Sequence record: NC_047713.1
DNA: 64,000 nucleotides
Direction: 5' to 3' (one strand)
This document shows, one piece after another, positions 37,942-48,274 of this stretch. The notes under the pieces are model-generated. The model saw only the letters and a list, made by a program, of their open reading frames with translations, was not told the DNA's origin and did no database searches. A program made the position numbers and the translations under genes. Positions within the stretch are counted from its first letter, which is position 1, and each line of letters begins with the position of its first letter.

Positions 37942-38713
37942 AGGATATATCCTGATAGGTATTGGTGATAGGTATCTACAGATGACAGAGAACCTCACTA
38001 AAACTCTAAAGAAACATGGAGATAATAGAGGATCCCTAACTATCACAAGATCGGATAATAGGGAACTCTATAGTGAGTGCAACACTGAGTTTGAGAGGAA
38101 TGGAACTCTACCTAAGATTACCTTAGATAGATACTTACCTTTTGATCACAATATATTCCTAGATGCTGATATGTTATGTGTAGGTGATACACAACATGTA
38201 TGGGATCTATTCAGGAGTAGTGATCAGTTTGTTCAACAGGTAGGATGTTTGGGAAGAGATCCTAACTTCCACGCTCACCAGTATGAGAGTGAGTTGGGTT
38301 TTGAGATTCCTAGAGTCCATGGTGGTTGTATCTACATCAATAGAGAGAAACTAGACCCAGAGTTCTTTCCCTATATGAGAGAGTGTTTCCTAAACTATAA
38401 ACAAATATTTCATAATAGTGGTCTAACCTATAAGAATAGTAGACCAGACCAACCACTATACGCTCTAGCAAATGGTATGTGGGGATTCAAACCTGTGGAT
38501 CTATACACTAACCCTATCATGACTATTGTGAATGATAGCACCCCACCCCCACTAGATAGTGTGTTCTTCAATAAGAAGAGGGGTCCTAAGTTAGATACTC
38601 CTGTTCCTTTTGTTCATGTATTCCGTGGAGAAGAGGGTATGTCTAAGGGTTATACTAGAGGTGACCAGAAGATGTTGTTGTCCCATTATGATTACTACCT
38701 GAACTATGAATAA
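37928..38713 (+). CDS. GT-A glycosyltransferase (GT8-like)
   Basis: IFLDADML, HGGCIYI, DQP. Confidence 0.65.
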   Translation: MAGTEGYILIGIGDRYLQMTENLTKTLKKHGDNRGSLTITRSDNRELYSECNTEFERNGTLPKITLDRYLPFDHNIFLDADMLCVGDTQHVWDLFRSSDQFVQQVGCLGRDPNFHAHQYESELGFEIPRVHGGCIYINREKLDPEFFPYMRECFLNYKQIFHNSGLTYKNSRPDQPLYALANGMWGFKPVDLYTNPIMTIVNDSTPPPLDSVFFNKKRGPKLDTPVPFVHVFRGEEGMSKGYTRGDQKMLLSHYDYYLNYE

Positions 38714-39494
38714 AACTATATGGATGTGTTGGTTCCAGGGTTGGGATAAGGCACCAGAGATTACAGAGAAGTGTTTAGAGTCCTGGAAACACTACAATAG
38801 TGATTGGGATATTGTTCTACTAGATGAATCCAACTACAAGGATTACATCTCCATTGATAAAGAACTACCAGGACTGAAGACAAACTATATCTCACTGGGT
38901 GATATCCTCCGTCTCTTTCTACTAAAAGAGCATGGTGGAGTATGGGCAGATGCAACTATCTTCTGTAACAAACCAGTGGATTGGGTTTTGGATTATGAGG
39001 ATTCTTTCATCTTCACCAGGAAGGATAAGATGATTGCCTCTTGGTTTGTTGCTGCTCAGAAAGATTCCCATGTTGTAGATGTATGGTATAATAAGATGTT
39101 AGAGTTCTGGAAGTATCGTATGGAAAATACAGATACTTTCGAGCAACAATATGGTTGGATACACGCTTTGTTCCGTCAGTCCTACGCTCAGGATAAGGGG
39201 TTCAGGGATATTGTAGATAGTATGGATAAGATTGATTGCATGAGTGATGGTCAATCTAGAGGTAAGGGTCCGCACTTCTTTGCACCCTACAGTAAATACT
39301 TCTACAACCCTATCAGTGACACGATAAAGAATCGTATAGACTCTAAAGTTGATCCACTATATAAGTTGTCTTACAAGGCAAACACAGACTGGAGAAGTCC
39401 AGAGAACAGGGGTATCCACCCAGCAGACCAAAAGATTATGTTGGAATATCCAACTAACAGTGAACTACATTATCTACTCAACACATTAAAATGA
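38706..39494 (+). CDS. Capsular polysaccharide synthesis / GT32-like glycosyltransferase
   Basis: KTIWMCWFQG..P..CLESWK, DILRLFLLKEHGGVWADAT. Confidence 0.85.
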   Translation: MNKTIWMCWFQGWDKAPEITEKCLESWKHYNSDWDIVLLDESNYKDYISIDKELPGLKTNYISLGDILRLFLLKEHGGVWADATIFCNKPVDWVLDYEDSFIFTRKDKMIASWFVAAQKDSHVVDVWYNKMLEFWKYRMENTDTFEQQYGWIHALFRQSYAQDKGFRDIVDSMDKIDCMSDGQSRGKGPHFFAPYSKYFYNPISDTIKNRIDSKVDPLYKLSYKANTDWRSPENRGIHPADQKIMLEYPTNSELHYLLNTLK

Positions 39495-40396
39495 CAAATA
39501 AATCATTGGTTACCGGTGGCGCGGGTTTCATCGGGTCACATATTGTGGACCGACTTATTACACTAGGACATCAAGTCGTAGTGATTGACAATGAATCCTC
39601 TGATGGTCATGATGAATACCATTGGAACAGAAGCGGACAAGTACAAAACCATAAGGCAGACATTCGTGACTACGATGCAATCAAACACTTGTTTGGTGGA
39701 GTCAATAATGTTTTTCACCTTGCCGCTAAAGCATCAGTACAGGCGTCAGTAGATAACCCCCTACCAACTATTGCCACACAGGTAATGGGAACCGCCAATG
39801 TATTGGAGGCAGCACGACAATCTGGTGTGAGTAAGTTTGTATATTCCTCTACGAGTGCCTGTTACGGCAACAACAACCCCATTCCTAATGTAGAAACGAT
39901 GAGAGAAGACCCTCTCAACGCCTACGCTATTGGTAAGTTATCTGGGGAACAACTAGTTCGTGCCTATCACTACCTCTATGGTATGAAGACGGTGGCATTC
40001 CGTTATACCAATGTATATGGGGAGAGGGCAAGACATGTAGGACACTATGCTCCTGCTGTTAGTAAGTTCCTAAAGATGAGAGCACAGGGAGAACCCCTAA
40101 CTATCTTTGGTGATGGTGCCCAACGCCGGGACTTTATTCATGTATCTGATGTAGTCAACGCTAACTGCTGTATTACCTATGAGGAACTAGAGCAGTGGGG
40201 TGAGACCTATAACATTGGTTATGGTAAGAACTGGAGTATCCAAGAGATCGCAGACTCTATCAGTCAGGAACAGATTCACCTATCTGCTCGTACTGGTGAG
40301 ATGCGTGAGACGCTTGCTGATATTGGGAAGGCAAAGGCAGAGTTGATGTGGAAACCAAAGACTGACATCATGGATTGGATTAGGGTACAACTCTGA
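39491..40396 (+). CDS. NAD-dependent nucleotide-sugar epimerase/dehydratase
   Basis: VTGGAGFIGSH, HLAA, YSSTSACYG, YAIGK, RRDFIHV. Confidence 0.9.
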   Translation: MTNKSLVTGGAGFIGSHIVDRLITLGHQVVVIDNESSDGHDEYHWNRSGQVQNHKADIRDYDAIKHLFGGVNNVFHLAAKASVQASVDNPLPTIATQVMGTANVLEAARQSGVSKFVYSSTSACYGNNNPIPNVETMREDPLNAYAIGKLSGEQLVRAYHYLYGMKTVAFRYTNVYGERARHVGHYAPAVSKFLKMRAQGEPLTIFGDGAQRRDFIHVSDVVNANCCITYEELEQWGETYNIGYGKNWSIQEIADSISQEQIHLSARTGEMRETLADIGKAKAELMWKPKTDIMDWIRVQL

Positions 40397-41013
40397 TGCC
40401 AGTATTTCAGAAGGACAACAAGAAAGTTCTATTCATCCATGTTCCCAAGACTGCAGGAAGTTCTGTGAATAAACTCTTTGTGAATAATGGATATGAAATG
40501 TCCTACTATTCTGAGAGTTCTAAAGATCTATACAATGGATTATGTGGACCACAACATCTGGACTCACTTCTATTGGAAGATGAGTTCCAAGATTTCTCTC
40601 AGTTTGATTATATCTTCTCTATCTTCAGAGACCCAGTAGACAGACATCTATCTGAGTTCACCTGGGCACCCTGGGGACTAATGGGTAGAAACATCTACAC
40701 ACCAGAAAGATTTGATGAGTGGTGTCCTAAGATATTCAGAGCGTATCAGGACTCACCATATAGGATGGATAATCACATTAGACCTCAACATGAGTTCTAT
40801 GTCAATGGATGTGATGTGTATGACTATGAAAATATCAATACACTCACAGAGAAACTATGTGATAAAATAGGTCTAGATAATAAAGAGATGCCATATGAAA
40901 GGTCTTCACGATATGATAGTGAGGATTATGTCATCTATGAAGATACTTACAATTGTATTACTGAATTTTACAAAGGAGACTATCAATGGCAAAAGGATTC
41001 AGTCCTGTTGTGA
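40396..41013 (+). CDS. Sulfotransferase family 2 protein
   Basis: FIHVPKTAGSS and FRDPVDRHLSEF. Confidence 0.82.
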   Translation: MPVFQKDNKKVLFIHVPKTAGSSVNKLFVNNGYEMSYYSESSKDLYNGLCGPQHLDSLLLEDEFQDFSQFDYIFSIFRDPVDRHLSEFTWAPWGLMGRNIYTPERFDEWCPKIFRAYQDSPYRMDNHIRPQHEFYVNGCDVYDYENINTLTEKLCDKIGLDNKEMPYERSSRYDSEDYVIYEDTYNCITEFYKGDYQWQKDSVLL

Positions 41014-41864
41014 CTAAGGATAAGAACAAGTCCCAGTTCAAACTACAGGGTGTTCCTAGGATTTACTACATCAGTTTAGATGATCATGCTCATCGTCAAG
41101 ACTATATGGAGTCCCAGTTTGAAGACTGGGGCATCACTAACTTCGAAAGAATCTCTGCTCATGATGGTAGAGGTGATAATGATCTGAGTGATATTCTCAA
41201 AGGATCTTATCCAAAGATGATGAGTTCTGGTGAGGTTGGTTGTGTAACCTCTCACCTAAAGGCACTAAAACACTGGTTAGATACTACAGAGGGTGAAGAG
41301 TTTCTCCTTATGATGGAGGATGATTGTGATATCTCCACTGCTTCCCACTGGGGGTTCTCCTGGAGAGAGTTTGTTGGGAATATTCCATCCCATGTAGATT
41401 GTGTTCAGTTGGCAGTTATCAACCCGGCAGAACTACATATCAAACTCCATATCAGGTTTGTGAATGATTTCTCCACTGCCTCATACCTAATCCGTAGATC
41501 ACACGCAGAGAAGTTAGTTAGACTCTATTGTAGGGGTGATAAGTATAAACTTGATAGTGATATCAAACCCAGAGCAGTTGCTGATGATCTTATCTACAAC
41601 TCTGGTGTGACTCTTGCTATGCCTCTATTTGCCTTCAAGATTGCACTAGGTTCCAGTATCCATGATGTCCATATCAATACCTTCCACAAGAGTAGTCATG
41701 ATGGTATCTGGGAGTTTTGGAAGAAAACAGCACCAACTATTGAGAACTGGAAACCATTCTTCAACTATGATGCCTATCTGGGAACCCTACCACCCAATGT
41801 TGTGGTTCAACAATGGCAGCAAAAACAGGAATCCAAAGCAAAAGATTCAGGGGCTTCGCAATAG
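40986..41864 (+). CDS. GT25 glycosyltransferase
   Basis: IYYISLD..RQDYM, FERISAHDG, GEVGCVTSHLKAL, MMEDD. Confidence 0.85.
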   Translation: MAKGFSPVVTKDKNKSQFKLQGVPRIYYISLDDHAHRQDYMESQFEDWGITNFERISAHDGRGDNDLSDILKGSYPKMMSSGEVGCVTSHLKALKHWLDTTEGEEFLLMMEDDCDISTASHWGFSWREFVGNIPSHVDCVQLAVINPAELHIKLHIRFVNDFSTASYLIRRSHAEKLVRLYCRGDKYKLDSDIKPRAVADDLIYNSGVTLAMPLFAFKIALGSSIHDVHINTFHKSSHDGIWEFWKKTAPTIENWKPFFNYDAYLGTLPPNVVVQQWQQKQESKAKDSGASQ

Positions 41865-41908
41865 AACATATATATGTTATAATATTTACATTCACCCATG
41901 AGGTTATT

Positions 41909-42028
41909 ATGAAATTTGGTTTTACCCCCGAAGCAGAAATCCTAAACGCTCGTTTGGCAATGTTGGGATTCGTTATCGCCGTAGGCACTTACTTGACCAC
42001 AGGTCAGATTATTCCAGGAGTTCTTTGA
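41909..42028 (+). CDS. hli: High-light-inducible protein
   Basis: [13 protein letters not shown]...TGQIIPG; GAGG RBS. Confidence 0.92.
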   Translation: MKFGFTPEAEILNARLAMLGFVIAVGTYLTTGQIIPGVL

Positions 42029-42321
42029 TGGCGTTTTCTGTAACACTTAGATCACCTACTGGTGAAGATAAAGTTGTAACAGTGGAGGGAGATCAATACA
42101 TCCTAGATGCCGCAGAGGAAGCGGGTGTAGATCTCCCATATTCATGTAGAGCTGGTGCTTGTTCATCCTGTGCAGGTAAGATTGTATCTGGAAAGGTGAA
42201 TCAAGAAGACCAGTCATTCTTAGATGATGATCAGATCGAAGCAGGTTTCGCACTCTTATGTGTAGCTTATGCCGAATCTGATTGTGTGATTGAGACGGAA
42301 AAAGAGGAAACCCTTTACTGA
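42028..42321 (+). CDS. petF: Plant-type [2Fe-2S] ferredoxin
   Basis: [17 protein letters not shown]...LLCVAY. Confidence 0.95.
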   Translation: MAFSVTLRSPTGEDKVVTVEGDQYILDAAEEAGVDLPYSCRAGACSSCAGKIVSGKVNQEDQSFLDDDQIEAGFALLCVAYAESDCVIETEKEETLY

Positions 42322-42326
42322 GACTG

Positions 42327-42476
42327 ATGTCTAATCCAAACGCTCTATATGAAGATATGGAGAAACTGAATGCCCTCTACGAAGAACTTTGTTGGGGGCA
42401 TAACGATGAACTACAATTTTCCCATGACGGGGAGAGCATTATTATTACCAATAAAACCCAGGAGAAACAAAAATGA
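42327..42476 (+). CDS. Small conserved cyanophage hypothetical protein (49 aa)
   Basis: MSNPNALYEDMEKLNALYEELCW...; ATGA overlap with hli. Confidence 0.65.
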   Translation: MSNPNALYEDMEKLNALYEELCWGHNDELQFSHDGESIIITNKTQEKQK

Positions 42477-42682
42477 CAGTAACAACTGAAGACGGCGGAC
42501 GCACAAACATGTACGCCACTGAACCCACTATGTTTATTGATCCTTCTTACACTGAGAAGTATGGTTTAGAAACACACGCTGAACGAGCTGAAACAGCAAA
42601 CGGGCGTTGGGCAATGATTGGATTTGTTTCTGGTATTGTATCCTATGTTATTACTGGTAACTTCTTCTTTGGTGTTATCTAA
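42473..42682 (+). CDS. hli: High-light-inducible protein
   Basis: AETANGRWAMIGF. Confidence 0.92.
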   Translation: MTVTTEDGGRTNMYATEPTMFIDPSYTEKYGLETHAERAETANGRWAMIGFVSGIVSYVITGNFFFGVI

Positions 42683-42688
42683 TATTAG

Positions 42689-42716
42689 AAGGAGGGTTTG
42701 ATACCCTCCTTTTTTT
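42689..42716 (+). terminator. Rho-independent terminator
   Basis: AAGGAGGG-tttgata-CCCTCCTT plus T-run. Confidence 0.8.
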
Positions 42717-42763
42717 GTGCTCCTATAAATACCTTCTAGGCACCCACACACCTTCGTATCAAA

Positions 42764-45172
42764 ATGGCATTTAAGATTAATGGCGTAGTACGCATTGATA
42801 ATAGTGGCAACGGTTTTCTGGGAATTGTAACCGCTACCGACGCTAATATCACAGGAGTTCTCACTGCCACTGAGGTGGATGCGAAAGTATCATCTAAGGC
42901 AATAACTGAACAAACAGATGGAACCGTAGATGATGTAACTGGTGCAGATGAACTATTACTATTAGATGCCGAGACTGGTGGATTACTAAGAGTATCAATA
43001 GATGAGTTCGTGCAGGGTTCAGGCATTGGAACTCTAGTAACGGACTTTGATAACTTAACTGTTACTGGTATCACAACCGTTGCCACCCTCAAAGGTATTG
43101 GATCTAGTAATATCAGTGTAGGAAGTTCACTTTCCTTTGCTGATGGTACAGAGATCATCATGGGTGACTCTGGTGACTTCAGTATTCATCATGATGGTGA
43201 TCATACTTACCTAGATGAGACGGGGCAGGGTAATCTAAAACTCCGTACAAATAACTTTAGAGTAACAAATATAGCAGAAACAAAACCAGCTATTACAGCA
43301 CAGGTTACTTCTGGTGTTGAGTTGTATTTTGATGGTAATAAGAAGATAGAAACTACAAATACTGGTGTTCTTGTGAGTGGTATGCTCACTGCTGATAGAT
43401 TAAGATCAGGTGATATTGCTGCTAGAAATGTAATCACACTGGGCATTACCACTATTCAAGATCACCTAGAGGTGAATGATAGTACTGGTTCTGGTACCGA
43501 ATACAATCTCAATGTTAAGACCAATGGTAGTTCTACCTTTGGTGTCTTAGGTAATGGAAATATTCTACTTGGAAACAGTTCCGGTGCTCCATTCATGGCG
43601 ACGAATGATCACCACGCAACTTCCAAGAAGTATGTGGATGATGCTATTGATGATTCCGTCAGCTACATCGGCGCTAGTGCTTGGGGTAGTGTTGCTGCTG
43701 ATGGATCACTTCGGAATGGACTAAACTGCACAACTTCACAAACAAGTGGAGGGGTTTATCAAGTCACGTTCACAACTCCTCTTCCTAATGCAAACTATGC
43801 TATCACTGGAGCATCTAGTGATAGTGCTTTCTGGGTAAAAGATGGTTCAGAAACAGTCAATGGATTTACAGTTTATATAGTTGATGTAGATGGAAATTCA
43901 ATAAATAGAGATTTATCCTTCGCCGTCTTCAGTGCCAACGCCATCGTGCCGCCGTCAGGCGTAGGCGCTGACGCCTGGGGAACATTCTCTGGAACGACTG
44001 GCGACCTGCAAGCTGGGATGAATATCAGCTCAACTACACGTACTGCCCTAGGAGAATATGACGTAGAATTTATAACCGAGATGCCTTCGGACTCAGAATA
44101 TGCCGTAACCGCAGTATCTAATGCAAGTCAAGCAAAGTTTATTAATATACGCAATAAGTCTACAAGTGGTTTTAAGGTTGTAACTAGAGATGGTTCTGGA
44201 AATATTTCTGACGGAGCCGTATCCTTTGCCGTCCACGCATCATCAACAGTCACGCCAACCTATACCTGGACACGCGACGGCACAACGCTGAAGACTGCTA
44301 ATGATGGTGATGATGTAGAGGTGAACGGTCGGGGCCTTTTCGAAAGCAGCGAGCCGGCTGACTATGTTGTGAGAGTAAAAAACACCGACACAGGTACTAT
44401 CAATCCCGCATGTTTGCTGCTGGACATGCGAGATGTCGATGCTTCTAATAATTATTCAGCCTTAAGGGTAGTAGGTTACAACACTACAACAGGTCTTGAT
44501 ATAAATTCAGACGGCGCTCTCACGACTCAGGGACAGATAACCGCAAACGTCAGTAACCAAGGCGGAGAGAATAGTGCAATCAAGGCAATTCAAACCAACT
44601 CCAACGGGTATGCGGTATGGGTTGGTGATGGACCTAACTCTACAGATAGAACCGCTTCTATAGGCCCTGATGGAAGAGCCACGTTTTCCTCCGGCAAAAT
44701 TTCGCTGGGTCCGACCGGCTCGGGGACGTTTGCAGACAATAACATCTTCCTGCAGTCGGACGGACAAGTCAGATGCACGAACGTAATTACATCTTCAGCT
44801 TTGGCAGGCTCAGGCACCAGACCATTATATGCCGACTCATCTGGTGGTTTAACTATCAGCTCTTCTGATCGTAGTTTGAAGACGAACATCACTACTCTTC
44901 CTGATCAGATACAAGTAGTCAAAGCATTAAATCCCGTTTCGTTTAATTGGATAGAGAAAGAAAGACTAGGTGCAGGTCTTGAAATTGGATTTATTGCTCA
45001 AGAAGTAGAAGAAATCGTTCCTGAGGTTGTTCGTAGCACTGCCGGAATACTTTCAGTAGATTATGCAAAATTAACCGCAACTTTAACGTCTGCCCTACAG
45101 ATAGCACTCACCCGCATCGAAGCCCTCGAAGCGAAAGTCCAATCACTCGAAGAAGGTGTGACACCTGACTAA
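42764..45172 (+). CDS. Tail fibre-like protein with C-terminal peptidase S74 intramolecular chaperone
   Basis: Late promoter TATAAATA near 42724; two AWG..G.Y.V.F..P..Y repeats; SSDRSLKTNI..PVSFNW..GFIAQEV..VDYAKL. Confidence 0.85.
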   Translation: MAFKINGVVRIDNSGNGFLGIVTATDANITGVLTATEVDAKVSSKAITEQTDGTVDDVTGADELLLLDAETGGLLRVSIDEFVQGSGIGTLVTDFDNLTVTGITTVATLKGIGSSNISVGSSLSFADGTEIIMGDSGDFSIHHDGDHTYLDETGQGNLKLRTNNFRVTNIAETKPAITAQVTSGVELYFDGNKKIETTNTGVLVSGMLTADRLRSGDIAARNVITLGITTIQDHLEVNDSTGSGTEYNLNVKTNGSSTFGVLGNGNILLGNSSGAPFMATNDHHATSKKYVDDAIDDSVSYIGASAWGSVAADGSLRNGLNCTTSQTSGGVYQVTFTTPLPNANYAITGASSDSAFWVKDGSETVNGFTVYIVDVDGNSINRDLSFAVFSANAIVPPSGVGADAWGTFSGTTGDLQAGMNISSTTRTALGEYDVEFITEMPSDSEYAVTAVSNASQAKFINIRNKSTSGFKVVTRDGSGNISDGAVSFAVHASSTVTPTYTWTRDGTTLKTANDGDDVEVNGRGLFESSEPADYVVRVKNTDTGTINPACLLLDMRDVDASNNYSALRVVGYNTTTGLDINSDGALTTQGQITANVSNQGGENSAIKAIQTNSNGYAVWVGDGPNSTDRTASIGPDGRATFSSGKISLGPTGSGTFADNNIFLQSDGQVRCTNVITSSALAGSGTRPLYADSSGGLTISSSDRSLKTNITTLPDQIQVVKALNPVSFNWIEKERLGAGLEIGFIAQEVEEIVPEVVRSTAGILSVDYAKLTATLTSALQIALTRIEALEAKVQSLEEGVTPD

Positions 45173-45227
45173 CTGGCACAGGGGGTTGGCACCCTGGGGA
45201 ATCTGTGTTATAATAAACACATAAATA
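45158..45227 (+). promoter_or_regulatory. psbA promoter region: upstream element, sigma70 promoter and late promoter
   Basis: GTGACACCTGACTAACTGGCACA (45158-45180), TTGGCA (45186), 17 nt, TATAAT (45209), CATAAATA (45220-45227). Confidence 0.75.
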
Positions 45228-45254
45228 AGAAATGTAACGTTCTTATTACAACAC

Positions 45255-45360
45255 TTCCATCTAACCGAGACCTATGGGGAAGTAAAATACGTCTCTAATA
45301 CCTACACCGGAGGGTGGTGTAGGAATAATACTATCGTCAGCTCCCCCTGGCACTACTTAC
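45255..45360 (+). ncRNA. Structured psbA 5' leader (PhotoRC-II-type motif)
   Basis: GAGAC/GTCTC stem and CCTACACC/GGTGTAGG hairpin upstream of psbA; family assigned from memory. Confidence 0.6.
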
Positions 45361-45372
45361 CCTTTTTACACA

Positions 45373-46452
45373 ATGGCTTCAACACTTACACGCCGTCAAG
45401 GCGCATCTATCTGGGATCAGTTTTGTTCCTGGGTCACATCAACCAACAATCGTCTTTACGTCGGTTGGTTCGGTGTTCTAATGATTCCTACATTGTTAGC
45501 CGCAACTGTATGTTTCATTATCGCTTTCGTGGGTGCTCCCCCAGTGGACATCGACGGAATCCGTGAACCAGTAGCTGGTTCACTCATGTATGGAAACAAC
45601 ATCATCTCTGGTGCAGTTGTTCCTAGTTCAAACGCAATCGGTCTACACTTCTACCCAATCTGGGAAGCAGCCACACTCGACGAATGGCTCTACAACGGTG
45701 GTCCTTTCCAACTAGTTGTCTTCCACTTCCTTATTGGTATCTACGCCTATATGGGACGTGAGTGGGAACTCTCTTATCGTTTAGGTATGAGACCTTGGAT
45801 CTGTGTAGCATACTCTGCACCAGTTGCAGCAGCTTCAGCAGTATTCCTAGTCTATCCTTTCGGTCAAGGTTCATTCTCAGACGCGATGCCCTTGGGTATC
45901 TCTGGAACATTCAACTACATGTTGGTCTTCCAAGCAGAACATAACATCTTGATGCACCCCTTCCACATGTTGGGAGTCGCAGGTGTCTTCGGTGGTTCAT
46001 TGTTCTCAGCGATGCATGGTTCACTTGTTACCTCTTCACTTGTCCGTGAGACAACTGAAACTGAGTCACAGAACTATGGTTACAAGTTCGGCCAAGAAGA
46101 AGAGACCTATAACATCGTGGCAGCCCATGGCTACTTCGGTCGTTTGATCTTCCAATACGCTTCATTCAACAACTCACGCTCACTCCACTTCTTCTTAGCC
46201 GCATGGCCAGTTGTGGGTATCTGGTTCACCGCACTTGGTGTTTCCACAATGGCATTCAACCTCAATGGTTTCAACTTCAACCAGTCTGTTATCGACGGAC
46301 AAGGTAGAGTATTGAACACCTGGGCGGATGTTCTTAACAGAGCTGGTCTTGGGATGGAAGTAATGCATGAGAGAAATGCACACAACTTCCCACTAGATTT
46401 GGCAGCAGCTGAGTCCACACCAGTGGCTCTAATTGCACCATCTGTTGGTTGA
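45373..46452 (+). CDS. psbA: Photosystem II D1 protein
   Basis: [33 protein letters not shown]; uninterrupted 359 aa. Confidence 0.99.
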   Translation: MASTLTRRQGASIWDQFCSWVTSTNNRLYVGWFGVLMIPTLLAATVCFIIAFVGAPPVDIDGIREPVAGSLMYGNNIISGAVVPSSNAIGLHFYPIWEAATLDEWLYNGGPFQLVVFHFLIGIYAYMGREWELSYRLGMRPWICVAYSAPVAAASAVFLVYPFGQGSFSDAMPLGISGTFNYMLVFQAEHNILMHPFHMLGVAGVFGGSLFSAMHGSLVTSSLVRETTETESQNYGYKFGQEEETYNIVAAHGYFGRLIFQYASFNNSRSLHFFLAAWPVVGIWFTALGVSTMAFNLNGFNFNQSVIDGQGRVLNTWADVLNRAGLGMEVMHERNAHNFPLDLAAAESTPVALIAPSVG

Positions 46453-46473
46453 TCACTCAACCTGTGGTATGAT

Positions 46474-46506
46474 AAAGGGGGACTTCGGTCCCCTTTCTTT
46501 TTCTTT
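46474..46506 (+). terminator. Terminator with UUCG tetraloop
   Basis: GGGGAC-TTCG-GTCCCC plus T-run. Confidence 0.85.
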
Positions 46507-46522
46507 TGTAATGTAAAGTTTT

Positions 46523-46753
46523 ATGTCTCACGATCTAATCGAATTGCTCACTTACTATGTGATCGGTGGTGCCCTTATCATAGGACCACCCGCTATCTTT
46601 CTCATCATTGCTATGATGGCAGCACTCCAAAATACGAAAGGTCGCATGGTTGGATACAAAGATCACAAAACTTATGGTGATTCATCCATCTACGATCCGG
46701 CACCAAAATTGCCAGTAGATCAAACAAAATTCTTCCTGGAACTTAACAACTGA
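46523..46753 (+). CDS. Small membrane protein between psbA and psbD
   Basis: ORF track; one TM helix. Confidence 0.7.
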   Translation: MSHDLIELLTYYVIGGALIIGPPAIFLIIAMMAALQNTKGRMVGYKDHKTYGDSSIYDPAPKLPVDQTKFFLELNN

Positions 46754-46764
46754 GGTAAACAAAA

Positions 46765-47820
46765 ATGACGACAAGTACACTTACAACACCACAAAGGGGG
46801 TGGTTCGATGTCCTGGATGACTGGGTTAAACGCGATAGGTTTGTCTTTATTGGCTGGTCTGGATTACTACTTCTTCCCACTGCTTATCTTGCCATTGGCG
46901 GCTGGCTTACTGGCACAACTTTTGTCACGAGTTGGTACACCCATGGTCTTGCTTCTTCCTATCTTGAGGGTGCTAACTTTCTCACGGCGGCTGTCTCGAC
47001 TCCTGCTGATGCTATGGGTCATTCTCTTCTTCTACTTTGGGGTCCTGAATCTCAGGGCGACTTCCAGCGGTGGCTCCAACTTGGAGGGCTTTGGTCCTTT
47101 GTTGCTCTCCACGGTGCCTTCGCTTTAATTGGATTCATGCTTCGTCAGTTTGAACTATCACGACTCATTGGTATCCGTCCCTACAACGCTATTGCATTCA
47201 GTGGTCCTATCGCTGTATTTGTCAGTGTGTTTCTTCTATACCCACTAGGTCAATCTTCCTGGTTCTTTGCCCCCTCCTTTGGTGTGGCAGCAATCTTTAG
47301 ATTCCTATTGTTTCTTCAGGGTTTCCACAACTGGACACTGAACCCCTTCCATATGATGGGAGTTGCTGGTATACTAGGTGGAGCACTACTATCTGCAATC
47401 CATGGCGTTACTGTTGAAAATACCCTATATGAAGATGGAGAACAGAATAACACCTTCACTGCGTTCGATTCCACCCAGGAGGAAGAGACCTATTCGATGG
47501 TTACTGCGAACCGCTTCTGGTCGCAAATCTTCGGGGTTGCGTTTAGTAATAAGCGTTGGCTTCACTTCTTTATGTTGTTTGTTCCTGTCATGGGTCTTTG
47601 GGTCTCAAGTATTGGGATCATTGGGCTTGCTCTTAATCTTCGTGCTTATGATTTTGTGAGCCAAGAGATTAGAGCAGCAGAAGATCCTGAGTTTGAAACT
47701 TTCTACACAAAGAACATCCTTCTTAACGAAGGACTAAGAGCATGGATGGCACCTGTGGATCAACCACATGAGTCATTTGTATTCCCAGAAGAAGTTCTAC
47801 CTAGAGGTAACGCATTGTGA
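46765..47820 (+). CDS. psbD: Photosystem II D2 protein
   Basis: [30 protein letters not shown]. Confidence 0.99.
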   Translation: MTTSTLTTPQRGWFDVLDDWVKRDRFVFIGWSGLLLLPTAYLAIGGWLTGTTFVTSWYTHGLASSYLEGANFLTAAVSTPADAMGHSLLLLWGPESQGDFQRWLQLGGLWSFVALHGAFALIGFMLRQFELSRLIGIRPYNAIAFSGPIAVFVSVFLLYPLGQSSWFFAPSFGVAAIFRFLLFLQGFHNWTLNPFHMMGVAGILGGALLSAIHGVTVENTLYEDGEQNNTFTAFDSTQEEETYSMVTANRFWSQIFGVAFSNKRWLHFFMLFVPVMGLWVSSIGIIGLALNLRAYDFVSQEIRAAEDPEFETFYTKNILLNEGLRAWMAPVDQPHESFVFPEEVLPRGNAL

Positions 47821-48062
47821 TTAACGCACTCTTCACTTTTATATTTGCTGCGGTGATGTGGGTGCAAGTCCCACAGTGGCAGGATGATTGGTCTAAGTGC
47901 GCAGTAGATGTACCTGATGTTCAATGTCATTGGTATATCACAGCACCCGATAGCACCATGGGTGAAGGATTTAGTTGGGCGAATGCCCCTTGGTTCAGTG
48001 CTGAAGGTCTCCTTGATATTGGAGAACTTCACAACACAGTTCAATCACTTCAGGAGGCATGA
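47817..48062 (+). CDS. Conserved cyanophage hypothetical protein
   Basis: ORF track; GTG start overlapping the psbD stop. Confidence 0.65.
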   Translation: MINALFTFIFAAVMWVQVPQWQDDWSKCAVDVPDVQCHWYITAPDSTMGEGFSWANAPWFSAEGLLDIGELHNTVQSLQEA

Positions 48063-48274
48063 TGAATATATTATTTTTAGTATTATACTTCGTCTGTTTC
48101 TGTCTCATTGCAGGTGGTGCCGCAGCTATGATGTATGCAAACATACAATCTATCTGGAACACACCACCCGCTCCACCTAAACCAATTCATCCTGAGGCAC
48201 CTGTAGCAGGTGAAGAGGTTATGTATGTCGATCTAACAAGAGAAAAACTGGAAGATTTGTACCATGAACATTGA
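48059..48274 (+). CDS. Small membrane protein
   Basis: ORF track; N-terminal TM. Confidence 0.65.
   Translation: MMNILFLVLYFVCFCLIAGGAAAMMYANIQSIWNTPPAPPKPIHPEAPVAGEEVMYVDLTREKLEDLYHEH

Noticed and set aside
45231-45251. NtcA box (GTA-N8-TAC) upstream of psbA
   Set aside because: The spacing is N10, not N8.
46131-46460. 109-aa antisense ORF over the psbA 3' end
   Set aside because: A typical antisense shadow of a biased coding strand, with no promoter or recognisable motif.
45373-47820. Group I intron or homing endonuclease in or between psbA and psbD
   Set aside because: Both genes are contiguous and full length, and the intervening ORF is a 76-aa membrane protein with no nuclease motif.
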